Shown here in pieces: positions 41,597 to 51,735 of a stretch of DNA of 64,000 nucleotides. Positions within the stretch are counted from its first letter, which is position 1, and the number at the start of each line of letters is the position of its first letter. This DNA is from Sulfurimonas sp. UBA6792. GTDB lineage: Bacteria; Campylobacterota; Campylobacteria; Campylobacterales; Sulfurimonadaceae. The notes under the pieces were generated by a model. The model was not told the DNA's origin, made no database searches, and saw only the letters and a list, made by a program, of their open reading frames with translations. The stretch covers positions 906 through 64,905 of the forward strand of contig DKFQ01000066.1 in the NCBI GenBank assembly GCA_002452425.1. Reading direction: 5' to 3'. The translations under genes were made by a program, and so were the position numbers.

Positions 41597-41655
41597 TGTT
41601 ACCAAAATAAACAAAAGCTAGCTATTTTATTTTAAAAGTGTTTACTTTGGTAACA
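41597..41655. repeat. 17-bp inverted repeat between ftsK and acnB
   Basis: TGTTACCAAAATAAACA-N25-TGTTTACTTTGGTAACA (16/17 complementary). Confidence 0.75.
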
Positions 41656-41656
41656 G

Positions 41657-43894
41657 TTATAAAATATCCCTGATACCTTTGGAGTTTGGAGCAGATAAAA
41701 TCCCCTCGTTTTCAAGCTGTTCGATAAGCCTTGCAGATTTGTTGTAACCGATTTGAAGTTTTCTTTGCAAGTAAGAGATAGAAGTTTTTCTATCCGCCAA
41801 AATCACATTTTTAGCCTCTTCAAACATAGGGTCAAGCTCTTCATAGCTCTCTCCCATAGATGCACTGGCTGCCTCGCTATCCTCAACCAAAAAGCTTTTA
41901 TCGTAGTTCGGCGCTCTTTGGGATTTGATGAAGTCAACAATCTTCTCAATCTCCTCTTCCGTACTCCAAGGAGCATGAAGTCTCACAAGCCCCGTGGAAC
42001 CGGGAGGGGTAAAGAGCATATCTCCTTTGCCCAAAAGCGACTCTGCTCCTTGTTGGTCTAGGATGATTTTGGAGTCCACTTTCTGCCCTACTCTATAGGA
42101 GATACGTGAAGGAAGATTTGCTTTTATAAGTCCCGTGACGACATCTACTGATGGTCGTTGCGTCGCCACAACAAGGTGAATCCCCGAAGCTCTTGCCATC
42201 TGTGCGAGTCTGGCGATAGAGTACTCCACATCCTTGCCGCTTGTCATCATCAAATCTGCCAACTCATCAATAATCACAACAATATAAGGGAGATTTTCGC
42301 CACCCTCTTTTTTTACTTTATCGTTGTAACTCTCTATATTTTTGGTTCTATTGTCACTCATAAGTGCGTAGCGGCGTTCCATCTCATAGACCATGTTGTT
42401 GAGTGCTACAATCGCCTGTTTTGCTTTTGTGATAACAGGAGTGAGAAGATGCGGAATATCGTTGTAGATGGAAAACTCAAGCATTTTTGGGTCAATCATG
42501 AGAAGTCTAAGCTGATCTGGCGAATTTTTATAGAGAAGTGAGAGTATCATCGCATTGATGCCGACACTTTTTCCGCTTCCCGTTGTTCCTGCAATCAAGA
42601 GATGCGGAAGTTTTTTAAGGTCTGTTACAAAAGGTTTGCCGACGATATCTTTACCCAAAACTATAGTCAAAGGAGAAGAGGACTCTTTAAAAAGTTTGCT
42701 ATCAAGCAGCTCTCTTAGGTAAATCGTATCAATCTTCTCATTTGGTATCTCAATCCCCACTACATCTTTTCCGGGAATCGGAGCTTGGATACGGATAGTC
42801 TCGGCACTCAGCGCCATCGCCAAATCGTCTTGAAGATTGAGGATGCGAGAGACTTTGACATTTGCGGCAGGTTTAAACTCAAAAGTTGAGACCACAGGAC
42901 CCGCATAAGTGCGTACCACATCCCCCTCTATCTTAAAGTGTGCAAGCTTTTCTATGAGAAACTTTATCTTCCCGTCAAGTTCACTCTCATCCACACTATG
43001 CGCTTTTGCATTTGGTTTTTGTAGAAATTCAACCGATGGAAGCTTGAAGTTTTTTGGTTTTTCAACCTCCCCTTTTTCGATGGTCGCAAGAAGTTTTGCA
43101 TTCTCCTCTAACTCCTCAACAACGATAGCTCCTTTTTGCTCTTTTATCTCGTTTACTAGATTTAAAATATTGTGCTCTTTTGTCTTAAGCGGCTCAGAAA
43201 CCTCGCTCTGCTTTACTTCTTGAGGCTCTATGGGTTCTTCTATAGTTTGTTTTATACTCTCTTGATGCTGCTCTTTTGGTGTTTCTGCGGTAACACTTTT
43301 TTCTTTTTGGGCTTTTGCATAAAGAGCTGCAACATCTACATCACTACTTTTTTTTGCGGGAGCTTTTTTTAAGCTCTGTTCCTTAGGAGCTATGGTACCG
43401 ACTTTTTTGAGATTTGCAAAAAGCATGTCCACCATCTCATGCGCACTCTTCTCAAAAATAATAACCATTGATAAAAGCGAGATAATAAACCAAAATATCC
43501 AAAGTCCAAAAAATCCGATATTTGGCGATAAAAAGTCCACAAATCCTGCACCAAACGCACCTCGAAGCTCATTGGTAACAAGAAGTGCTTGAGCAAGCAA
43601 AAGAGAGAAAAAAATCAAAAAAGAGGCAACAGACAACTCCACTTTTTTGATAGTTACAGGGCTTTGTTTATAAAAAATATAGAGCGGCAGGAGTGAAGCA
43701 AAGATGTAAATGTAAGAGATGTACCCAAAATAGTGATGATTGTAAGACGCAAAAATGGCGCCATAACTCCCCATAAGAGCAGTATCACCCAAAATAGTTG
43801 CAAATCCAAAGTAGATAAGCAGACCAAAAAATAAGATAAACAGAGCATCTTTCAAACTAAAATTTCCTTTTCTTACATAAATCTTTTGTTCCAT
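41657..43894 (-). CDS. ftsK: DNA translocase FtsK
   Basis: N-terminal TMs, GTTGSGKS, IDELADLM, ATQRPSVD, gamma domain LQRKLQIGYNKSARL. Confidence 0.97.
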   Translation of the reverse strand: MEQKIYVRKGNFSLKDALFILFFGLLIYFGFATILGDTALMGSYGAIFASYNHHYFGYISYIYIFASLLPLYIFYKQSPVTIKKVELSVASFLIFFSLLLAQALLVTNELRGAFGAGFVDFLSPNIGFFGLWIFWFIISLLSMVIIFEKSAHEMVDMLFANLKKVGTIAPKEQSLKKAPAKKSSDVDVAALYAKAQKEKSVTAETPKEQHQESIKQTIEEPIEPQEVKQSEVSEPLKTKEHNILNLVNEIKEQKGAIVVEELEENAKLLATIEKGEVEKPKNFKLPSVEFLQKPNAKAHSVDESELDGKIKFLIEKLAHFKIEGDVVRTYAGPVVSTFEFKPAANVKVSRILNLQDDLAMALSAETIRIQAPIPGKDVVGIEIPNEKIDTIYLRELLDSKLFKESSSPLTIVLGKDIVGKPFVTDLKKLPHLLIAGTTGSGKSVGINAMILSLLYKNSPDQLRLLMIDPKMLEFSIYNDIPHLLTPVITKAKQAIVALNNMVYEMERRYALMSDNRTKNIESYNDKVKKEGGENLPYIVVIIDELADLMMTSGKDVEYSIARLAQMARASGIHLVVATQRPSVDVVTGLIKANLPSRISYRVGQKVDSKIILDQQGAESLLGKGDMLFTPPGSTGLVRLHAPWSTEEEIEKIVDFIKSQRAPNYDKSFLVEDSEAASASMGESYEELDPMFEEAKNVILADRKTSISYLQRKLQIGYNKSARLIEQLENEGILSAPNSKGIRDIL

Positions 43895-43968
43895 GAGAGG
43901 AGATATTTCTGGCTTGAAGCCAAAAATAAAAAAAAGATTATAGCCAAATGTAGGTATAAAGGCGATTT

Positions 43969-46077
43969 TTAGAGGTAGTTTACTAAGCTTAACTGTGAAA
44001 TCTTACCAACAGTTGAGAGCATCGCTTGATAGTTCGTATTTAATTGCTGTAAATTCAAGTAAGCTTCTGCCAAATCTGTATCGATGACCGATGAACGCAG
44101 ACCAACCGAGCTCATTTTTAACATCTCTGTTCTCTGTAAAGAGTTAGTGAGCGCATTTGACTGGGCACCAACTTGTGAATGTGATTTAAAAATATGGTCT
44201 TGTAAATCATCCATCATTTTGATAGCATTCTCTATCCCTACATTTCTCACATCACCAGAACTGCCATCTGGGTAGAGTTTGTAGTTCTCAACTGCAGTTA
44301 TCATCGCATCAAATGTCTTAAAAAAATCTGTTTTAGGGTCACGAACCGTCACGGCATTGTTTGTGTTAAATGTCATCACAGAAGCCGCTGCACTAAAATC
44401 TCCGCTATTTGCGTCATAAAGAGCCATAGATGCCTTTGTGTTGCCGGTACCTATCTCTTCGAATGTAATCTTGCCGTCATAACTTAAAAAAGTTCTTGCT
44501 CCTAAATCGGCTGTACTGATTGCAGCATCATAACCTGTAGCACTGTTGGCAGCGGGAATATTTCCTGTCACTACCATATTCATAACATCCATAAGCTGTT
44601 TATAGGTCATCTCATCCGCTGCTACCGCGCCTCTTGGCGTGTTCATATCGTAAATAGTGTACGTACTCCCACCAATAGTAAAAGACGAACCTGCTGTTGT
44701 TAAATTTATAGTCGCACTATATGGACTTCCACTAACATTTGTTCCCTCAAATACAAAAGATTTTCCATCCAAACTCTCAGAAGCAACTTCAGACAATTTT
44801 GTCGAAGCAGTTGCAAACGCATTGGTCTCTTTGATGATTTGAGGTGTTGATGAAGAGAGCATTGCACCCTCTTTACTAAACTCCGTTCTATCATAAAGAG
44901 TTCCCTCAATAGTGTTTGTTGTAGCTACACTCTCAGCCGCCCCGAGAGAAGATTTTACAAACTCTTTTATAAATAGATTTGGATTTGTTGCTGTAGATGT
45001 CCCAAGCATAATTTTGTCAAAATTTGTTTCACCGGAACCTAAATTGTCAATCTTCCCAGCATTTGCACCATATAAAGTAATGTCATCTATATCTGCGGCA
45101 TTGGTACCATCAGTTAAATCAAAATCCGTTGCCCCAACCATATGAAAATCAATCTTGCTAGAACCTTTCATCTTATCTTCTATAACAATCTGTCCGTAAG
45201 AGTTCAAGCTCACGTTGACTACGTCTAAATCTGCAGTATTGCCATAAATATCGCCAATTTGCTTAAGCAAATCATCTACTTTCTGCTCGTCGTTCATTGA
45301 GATTTTTTCTTTAAAAGCCGTACCGTCACTTTTTGTACCACTGATATAGAAAAAATGTTTAGAAAGAGTATCAGCTGTATTGTCTGTGTCTCCCATCATA
45401 TCGCGAATAGTATCGCTACTTGTTAAGTGTTTTGAGACTCCGGAAACAGTTGAATCACTAAAATCAGGATATTTAGCAGATAAACTATACTGGACAACAT
45501 TGGTACTTATTTCACGTCTTACTGTCTGCTCTTCACCCAAAAAGAGCTCTGCTCCATTGATATTGTACTGCTGTGACGTTCCAGACCCAGTAAATGCTTT
45601 AAGAATCGCATCATTGCCCCTATAAGAACCATCACTTGCTATAGGTTTTGTATCAACAGCAGAGCCAGAAAAAAGGTATTGTCCATTGATAGAGGTGTTT
45701 GATAAACTTTTAAAATGTTCTTCTAAACCCCTTAGCTCATGCGCTATTGCATCAAGAGATGTTTCGCTGTTTGTTCCGTTTGCAGCGTTAACAAGGAGTG
45801 TCCTTGCCCTATTCATCGCTGTTTCAAACTCATTTAAAACAGCATCTGTTTGGTCAGAAAATTTCAAAGCACTCTGTACGCTCTTTTTAGTCTGATCTAG
45901 CGTCGTTATCTCATTATCTAGTCGCATTGTCTCAGTAAATGTGCGAATATCATCCTGTGCATACTGAATCTTTAACCTAGAAGCTATCTGCTTGTTGACA
46001 TCAAAAAGACTTTTGCTGAGCTGTGAATTGTTTGTACCATATATATTTTTATAGTACATATCACTTGCAATTCTCAT
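43969..46077 (-). CDS. flgL: Flagellar hook-associated protein 3
   Basis: MRI start, NGQYLFSG, C-terminal DTDLAEAY...YQAMLSTVGKISQLSLVNYL. Confidence 0.9.
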   Translation of the reverse strand: MRIASDMYYKNIYGTNNSQLSKSLFDVNKQIASRLKIQYAQDDIRTFTETMRLDNEITTLDQTKKSVQSALKFSDQTDAVLNEFETAMNRARTLLVNAANGTNSETSLDAIAHELRGLEEHFKSLSNTSINGQYLFSGSAVDTKPIASDGSYRGNDAILKAFTGSGTSQQYNINGAELFLGEEQTVRREISTNVVQYSLSAKYPDFSDSTVSGVSKHLTSSDTIRDMMGDTDNTADTLSKHFFYISGTKSDGTAFKEKISMNDEQKVDDLLKQIGDIYGNTADLDVVNVSLNSYGQIVIEDKMKGSSKIDFHMVGATDFDLTDGTNAADIDDITLYGANAGKIDNLGSGETNFDKIMLGTSTATNPNLFIKEFVKSSLGAAESVATTNTIEGTLYDRTEFSKEGAMLSSSTPQIIKETNAFATASTKLSEVASESLDGKSFVFEGTNVSGSPYSATINLTTAGSSFTIGGSTYTIYDMNTPRGAVAADEMTYKQLMDVMNMVVTGNIPAANSATGYDAAISTADLGARTFLSYDGKITFEEIGTGNTKASMALYDANSGDFSAAASVMTFNTNNAVTVRDPKTDFFKTFDAMITAVENYKLYPDGSSGDVRNVGIENAIKMMDDLQDHIFKSHSQVGAQSNALTNSLQRTEMLKMSSVGLRSSVIDTDLAEAYLNLQQLNTNYQAMLSTVGKISQLSLVNYL

Positions 46078-46126
46078 AAAACACCTCCAAGATTAAGTAA
46101 AACGACCCTTTATTGCTCTTTCACTA

Positions 46127-46142
46127 AGCAACATAAGTTCCA
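46127..46142 (-). promoter_or_regulatory. Sigma54 (-24/-12) promoter of flgL
   Basis: TGGAACTTATGTTGCT = GG-N10-GC. Confidence 0.8.
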
Positions 46143-46150
46143 TATACCCT

Positions 46151-46177
46151 ATATCGGCTAAAAAGAGTTTATTTTTA
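46151..46177 (-). promoter_or_regulatory. Sigma28 (FliA) promoter of flgL
   Basis: TAAA-N15-GCCGATAT. Confidence 0.8.
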
Positions 46178-46224
46178 CTTTCACTCTATTTTAAGCTAGA
46201 AGTCACTATTATTTCATTTTTAAA

Positions 46225-46308
46225 GCCAGTGTGGTGAAATGGTAGACACGCCTGATTCAAAATCAGGTATAGAAATATGTGGCGGTTCGAGTCCGCCCAC
46301 TGGTACCA
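46225..46308 (+). tRNA. tRNA-Leu (CAA)
   Basis: CCTGA-TTCAAAA-TCAGG anticodon arm, long variable arm, GTTCGA, encoded CCA. Confidence 0.96.
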
Positions 46309-46377
46309 CTCCTTAGTTTCAATCAATTCAAATCAATCTATTTGACCCAAAAATGGCGTCATTACAAACGCAACTAA

Positions 46378-49206
46378 CTACTTATGAAGAGCCAGCTCTT
46401 TTGCAAGGTACTCTCCCGTATAGCTTCCTGTTGTTTTATAACTAGCCGCAACTTCTTCCGGAGACCCCTCGGCTATGACCAAACCGCCCCCACTCCCGCC
46501 TTCTGGTCCCATGTCTATGATATAGTCCGCATTTTTTATCATATCAAGATTATGCTCTATGATAAGAACCGAGTTTCCAAGCTCTACAAACTTATGAAGC
46601 ACTCCGGTGAGCCTATCGACATCTGCAAAGTGCAACCCTGTTGTCGGTTCATCCAAGATGTAGAGCGTTTTTCCCGTATCTTTTCGGCTTAACTCTTTAC
46701 TTAGTTTGATTCTTTGTGCTTCTCCACCTGAGAGAGTAATGGCATTTTGTCCAAGCGTAATGTATCCAAGACCGACATCAACAAGCGTTGAGAGTATCTG
46801 GTTTATCTTTGGAATTGCTTTGAAAAACTCGTATGCCTCTTCTACACTCATGTTTAGCACATCTGAGATATTTTTGCCTTTGTAGAAAACCTCTAACGTC
46901 TGTTGGTTGTACCTTGTGCCATGGCATGTGTCGCATTTAACCATGATGTCTGGCAAAAAGTGCATCTCTATCTTGTTTTCGCCCTCGCCTTGACACTTCT
47001 CGCATCGTCCGCCTTTGACGTTAAAACTAAATCGTGAGCTTGTATAGCCCCGTATCTGCGCCTCTTTTGTCTGTTCAAATAGGTTTCTTATCTCATCCAT
47101 AAGCCCTGTGTAGGTTGCGGGGTTGGAGCGTGGCGTGCGTCCTATGGGGCTTTGGTCTAGGTAGATAACCTTGTCAACTTGCTCCAGACCGTTTATCTCC
47201 ACGCCTGCGACTTTGTTTACTTTTCTGGCATGGTTTAGCAGTTCTCGTGCGGTTGGAAGGAGTGTTTGAAGCATCAGAGAGCTTTTTCCACTTCCACTCA
47301 CGCCTGTGATACAGACAAAGTTGTTCAGTGGGATTTTGAGGCTAAGATTTTTGATATTATTTAATGTGACATTTTTTATCTCAATGTAGTTCTCTTGCGC
47401 TCTTCTGTAAAAATACTCTATCTTTTTTCTGCCGTAAAGATAGTCAGCGGTGAGTGTTTTAGCCTTTTTTAACTTATCAAGAGTTCCAGCAAAAACAACC
47501 TCTCCGCCGAACTTTCCAGCCCCTGCCCCGATGTCAACGATAAAATCAGCACCCTCAATAGTCTCTTTGTCATGTTCGACCACGATAACGCTGTTTCCCT
47601 TCTCCTGCAAGCTTCTAAGTGTGCGGATAAGTTTTAGCGTATCTCTCTCATGAAGCCCGATACTCGGCTCATCAAGCACATACAAAACACCCGTCAGTCC
47701 GCTGCCGATTTGTGAAGCGATGCGGATACGCTGCGCCTCTCCGCCGCTGATGGTTCTTGCATCACGCCCAAGAGTGATATAGCCAAGCCCCACATCATGC
47801 AAAAAGTAGAGCCTCTCTCGTATCTCATTTAAAATGGGAGCGGATATTTGGACATTTTGCGCCTTAAGGTAGCTAAAATTTTCTCTCTTTTCAAACCACT
47901 CATAACTTTTAGAGATAGGCATATCGAGGATATCGGCTATCCCTTTATCTGCAACTCTAACGGCAAGAGACTCTCCTTTGAGCCTATGCCCGCCACAAAC
48001 ACTGCACACCTTTTCGCTCATGTAGTCGGAGAGCTCTTTTTCATCTTTAAACATATCGTAAGCGATTTTGACGATTCCAGGCCAAACTCTTTTGACTTCA
48101 TGACCTTTCCAAAGAAAGCTCACTTCATCGATACCGCCGTGCAAAATTCCCTTTTTTTGGTAATCAGGCAAATCTGAATAAGGGATAGTTGTATCTATCT
48201 GGTTGTGCGCACAAAAGCCCTTTAAGAATGTAAAATAGTACCCTTTGTTAAAACCGTAAACTATTTTTACCGCACCCTTCTCCACGGACAAATCCACATC
48301 GATAATCTTGTCATGGTCAAGCGCATAGCGAAGCCCAAGCCCATCACACTCTCTGCATGCCCCTTTTGGAGAGTTAAATGAAAAAGAGAGCGGTTCAAGC
48401 GGGTCAAAACTTACCTTACAGTCAAAACAAGCGTTGTGTTCGCTATAGTGCATTTGTGAGCGATGAAGCCCAAGCTCTTCATGGTTTAGTATCTCTATCT
48501 CAAGCTCTCCGTAACTCTCTTTGAGTGCTTTTTCCACATCCGCTGCGATACGCTCTCTATTCTCCTCACTCACCACAACCCTGTCAATAACAACTTTAAT
48601 GGTATGTTTTTTGGTTTTACTAAGCTCTATCTCCTCATCAAGGCGCACCATCACGCCATCTATCATGGCACGAACATATCCTTTATGTACGAGTGATTCC
48701 AGAACATCCGCATAAGAGCCTTTTTTCTCATTGACGATTGGGGCTAAGAGTACAAGTTTTGCCCCCTCTGGAAGTTTTAAAACCTCGCCTATGATGTCTG
48801 ACGCACTCATCTGCGATATCTCTTTGCTGCATTTATGGCAGTGTTGCACCCCGATGCGAGCATAAAGAAGTCTTAGGTAGTCATAAATCTCTGTTATAGT
48901 TCCAACCGTTGAGCGTGGATTTTTAGAAGTTGTTTTTTGATCAATCGCGATGGCAGGAGTAAGCCCCTCTATCTTGTCCACATCAGGCTTGCCCACGCGG
49001 TCAAGAAACTGTCTTGCATACGAGGAGAGCGACTCCATATAGCGTCTCTGTCCCTCTGCATAAAGCGTATCAAAAGCGAGTGTCGATTTGCCGCTTCCGC
49101 TCAGTCCCGTAAAGACAACAAGCTGATTTTTGGGTATCTCAAGCGATATATTTTTAAGATTGTTTTCTCTTGCACCCGTTATCTTGATTACGTCTCTATT
49201 TTTCAT
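46378..49206 (-). CDS. uvrA: Excinuclease ABC subunit A
   Basis: Two GxSGSGKS Walker A motifs, SGGEAQR twice, zinc fingers; start trimmed to MKNRD. Confidence 0.98.
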   Translation of the reverse strand: MKNRDVIKITGARENNLKNISLEIPKNQLVVFTGLSGSGKSTLAFDTLYAEGQRRYMESLSSYARQFLDRVGKPDVDKIEGLTPAIAIDQKTTSKNPRSTVGTITEIYDYLRLLYARIGVQHCHKCSKEISQMSASDIIGEVLKLPEGAKLVLLAPIVNEKKGSYADVLESLVHKGYVRAMIDGVMVRLDEEIELSKTKKHTIKVVIDRVVVSEENRERIAADVEKALKESYGELEIEILNHEELGLHRSQMHYSEHNACFDCKVSFDPLEPLSFSFNSPKGACRECDGLGLRYALDHDKIIDVDLSVEKGAVKIVYGFNKGYYFTFLKGFCAHNQIDTTIPYSDLPDYQKKGILHGGIDEVSFLWKGHEVKRVWPGIVKIAYDMFKDEKELSDYMSEKVCSVCGGHRLKGESLAVRVADKGIADILDMPISKSYEWFEKRENFSYLKAQNVQISAPILNEIRERLYFLHDVGLGYITLGRDARTISGGEAQRIRIASQIGSGLTGVLYVLDEPSIGLHERDTLKLIRTLRSLQEKGNSVIVVEHDKETIEGADFIVDIGAGAGKFGGEVVFAGTLDKLKKAKTLTADYLYGRKKIEYFYRRAQENYIEIKNVTLNNIKNLSLKIPLNNFVCITGVSGSGKSSLMLQTLLPTARELLNHARKVNKVAGVEINGLEQVDKVIYLDQSPIGRTPRSNPATYTGLMDEIRNLFEQTKEAQIRGYTSSRFSFNVKGGRCEKCQGEGENKIEMHFLPDIMVKCDTCHGTRYNQQTLEVFYKGKNISDVLNMSVEEAYEFFKAIPKINQILSTLVDVGLGYITLGQNAITLSGGEAQRIKLSKELSRKDTGKTLYILDEPTTGLHFADVDRLTGVLHKFVELGNSVLIIEHNLDMIKNADYIIDMGPEGGSGGGLVIAEGSPEEVAASYKTTGSYTGEYLAKELALHK

Positions 49207-49219
49207 TTTTGCTCCATAT

Positions 49220-49951
49220 TTATAAGAATACTCTTTGTGCCAAATAGAGCACAACTAAAAGATAAAAAATCACTAAAAGTTTTTTTTGAAGTACTACATC
49301 CACTCTATCTTTGAGATGTATCCCTATGGCAACACCCACAAAAGAGGCAACCCCGATAACTGCTCCACTTAAAAAATCTATCTCTCTACTCAACGAATGC
49401 GATATCAAACCTGCCACAGACGAAAATATAACAAAAAAGAGCCCTGCCGAGATAGCTTTTTTCAAATCCACATGCAAAAAAGTTACCAAAATCGGCACAA
49501 GAAGGATGCTTCCTCCCACGCCTATAAGCATGCTCAGCGTTCCTAAAACTAAACCGATGACAAAAAGAACCCCTTTATGCACACTTCTTTGCGCTTTTCC
49601 AACCGTAGTTTTGAAAAAGAGCCGTATAAGTGCAAAGAGTGCAAAAGACAAAAAGATAATCTCAAGCACTCTATCATCCACGCTTGAAGCGATAAAACCA
49701 CTCAGCATCGCACCGCAAAAACCGCCTATCCCGATAGTAAACACCAGAGGAATATCAAGGGTTTTCTTTTTGTTGTTTAAGTAACTCCCATAGATAGAGC
49801 TAAAAACCATCTGTACAATGGAAATTCCGATGGCATCTTTGATTTGATGCCCAAGTAACAAAAGAAGAGGAACGAGGATGGTTCCGCCGCCGATTCCAAA
49901 GAACCCAGAAAGAGTCCCGACGCCAACACCTAAAAGAAGTAATTCTATCAT
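49220..49951 (-). CDS. TauE/SafE (sulfite exporter family) membrane protein
   Basis: Duplicated SGFFGIGGG..VP / GVGG..LVP repeats, about 8 TMs. Confidence 0.88.
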   Translation of the reverse strand: MIELLLLGVGVGTLSGFFGIGGGTILVPLLLLLGHQIKDAIGISIVQMVFSSIYGSYLNNKKKTLDIPLVFTIGIGGFCGAMLSGFIASSVDDRVLEIIFLSFALFALIRLFFKTTVGKAQRSVHKGVLFVIGLVLGTLSMLIGVGGSILLVPILVTFLHVDLKKAISAGLFFVIFSSVAGLISHSLSREIDFLSGAVIGVASFVGVAIGIHLKDRVDVVLQKKLLVIFYLLVVLYLAQRVFL

Positions 49952-50079
49952 TATCTTAACTTTTTTGCGAATTATAGCATCTTATCCAAAATCAAATCTG
50001 CCATAAGCCTGTACTATAAGAGAGTTTAATTTTACTTTGAGATTCAATCAAGTATAATCCCCTAAACAAGGGCTAGAGA

Positions 50080-50502
50080 ATGTTAAATATAATTATAGAA
50101 GCTTCAGAAAATTTTTGTATCCATCAAATAAGAGTGCCGTGCGAAATAGTTGATGATGTAAGTGAAATGAGAACAGTTATTGCTTCTATCGATATAGAGT
50201 TGCTTGGCGGGAAAAAACAGAGAGTTTATATCGGGGCAACGCTTGATTTTGCACAAAGGGTTGCTGCTGCTCTTTTAGAAGAGGATGAGAGTGACGAAGA
50301 GACGCTTGTGGATATGGTACTTGAGACTGCCAACCTGATTGTAGGCAGTGCAAAAGTCCTTGCACAAAGAGAGTCCCAACACGCCTTTACTCTATGTACG
50401 CCGAACTTTGAAAAGATAGGCATGTTTGATGTGGCGTACGATAAAGCAAAAATTCTCAAAGTTCAAAATGATGCAATGATTCTTGCTATCAAGGAAATAT
50501 AA
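50080..50502 (+). CDS. CheX-like chemotaxis phosphatase
   Basis: DMVLETANLIVGSAK matches D-x3-E-x2-N-x3-G; followed by fliN. Confidence 0.7.
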   Translation: MLNIIIEASENFCIHQIRVPCEIVDDVSEMRTVIASIDIELLGGKKQRVYIGATLDFAQRVAAALLEEDESDEETLVDMVLETANLIVGSAKVLAQRESQHAFTLCTPNFEKIGMFDVAYDKAKILKVQNDAMILAIKEI

Positions 50503-50838
50503 TTGAAAAAGAGACATACTTACGGAGCCAAAGAGGAATCTTTTGACCCTGAAACAGAGCTTTCATGGATGGACTACTCTGGGTTGCTTGATATGGAAGT
50601 TGAGTTTACATCTGATTTGGGTGAAACTGAACTGACTTTAGGCGAGATACTCCAACTCAAAAAAGGCTCTATCATTGACCTGAAAAAACCGGCGGGAGAG
50701 AGTGTTGAATCCTACGTCAACGGACGCATTTTAGGCAGGGGCGAGGTTATGGTCTATGAAAAAAATCTTGCTATTCGTATCAATGAAGTTTTAGACTCCA
50801 GCGCTGTTTTATACCACCTCTCAAAAGAGAAACCATGA
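50503..50838 (+). CDS. fliN: Flagellar motor switch protein FliN
   Basis: SpoA domain LGETELTLGEILQLKKGSIIDL..VNGRILGRGEV..IRINEV. Confidence 0.9.
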   Translation: MKKRHTYGAKEESFDPETELSWMDYSGLLDMEVEFTSDLGETELTLGEILQLKKGSIIDLKKPAGESVESYVNGRILGRGEVMVYEKNLAIRINEVLDSSAVLYHLSKEKP

Positions 50839-51728
50839 TAAAATTTTTCCTTCTTCTAGCTATTCCTTTTTTACTGCATGCCACGAAAATCCTCAGTTAT
50901 AACATCTACGACAGAACAGACAGAGTCGATGTGATGATTACATTCGACACTCCTTATGATGGAGTTATCAAACAAAACACGACCAACTCCATCCTCACGA
51001 TTAAGCTTGAAAATGCCTCTATAGAGTCCTCAAAAGTGAAACAACTTGCTTCAAAATTCATCCGCTCCATCGCCATCACGCCGATGAACGACCATACCCA
51101 AATCGTAGCAGAGATTCCACCAAATGTAGTTTTGCAAGCTTCTAAAACATCTGATGCTTATGGGCTAAGACTCCGTTTTGCAACGCCTGCCGTGGTGATG
51201 CAAAGTAGCAGTGAGTCCAAAGATGTCTCTGCCGATGAACTTGCACCTCTTCCGACAAAAAAGAGTGATGATCTCTCTGGAAGTTACTATCTTGTTCTTA
51301 CTATTCTTATCGTGGGAATTGCCATCCTTTTTTACATCAAAAAAAGAGTTGCACAACCTCAAACAAAACAGACACAATCTTCTTGGCTCTTTCAAGAGAG
51401 TGATGCGAACGAGAAAAAAGAGGCGCCATCTTCACCAAACGCTCCATTTGCACCAAATGTAACTATTAGATTTCAAAAGGCACTCAATGGTGATAATAGC
51501 GTTGTAATGCTTGATTTTGGCGAACAGAGCTATCTTGTTTTAATGGGGAAAAGCAATATTTTACTTGATAAATTTAGCGGAGATAAGCCTGTTACAGAGG
51601 ATGACTTTAACTCTATTTTGCAAAACAGACACAAAGAGCTTGAAAACTTTTTAAACAACGATGACAAACACCAAGAATCACTCAGAATCTACAAAGAAAA
51701 AGCCGCTTCTATCTCTTATGAAGTTTAG
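50835..51728 (+). CDS. Campylobacterota-type FliO-like flagellar protein
   Basis: Signal peptide, periplasmic domain, one TM, FQKAL..SVVMLDF..YLVL FliO-like segment; follows fliN. Confidence 0.65.
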   Translation: MIKFFLLLAIPFLLHATKILSYNIYDRTDRVDVMITFDTPYDGVIKQNTTNSILTIKLENASIESSKVKQLASKFIRSIAITPMNDHTQIVAEIPPNVVLQASKTSDAYGLRLRFATPAVVMQSSSESKDVSADELAPLPTKKSDDLSGSYYLVLTILIVGIAILFYIKKRVAQPQTKQTQSSWLFQESDANEKKEAPSSPNAPFAPNVTIRFQKALNGDNSVVMLDFGEQSYLVLMGKSNILLDKFSGDKPVTEDDFNSILQNRHKELENFLNNDDKHQESLRIYKEKAASISYEV

Positions 51729-51735
51729 AGCACCG

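Noticed and set aside
43969..46077. Unusually long FlgL (702 aa), or a flagellin
   Set aside because: Long FlgL with a large variable middle is normal in Campylobacterota, and the termini match FlgL rather than flagellin
46309..46377. Integrated element at the tRNA-Leu 3' end (tRNA-Glu also considered)
   Set aside because: No integrase and no duplicated tRNA end seen; core genes follow directly
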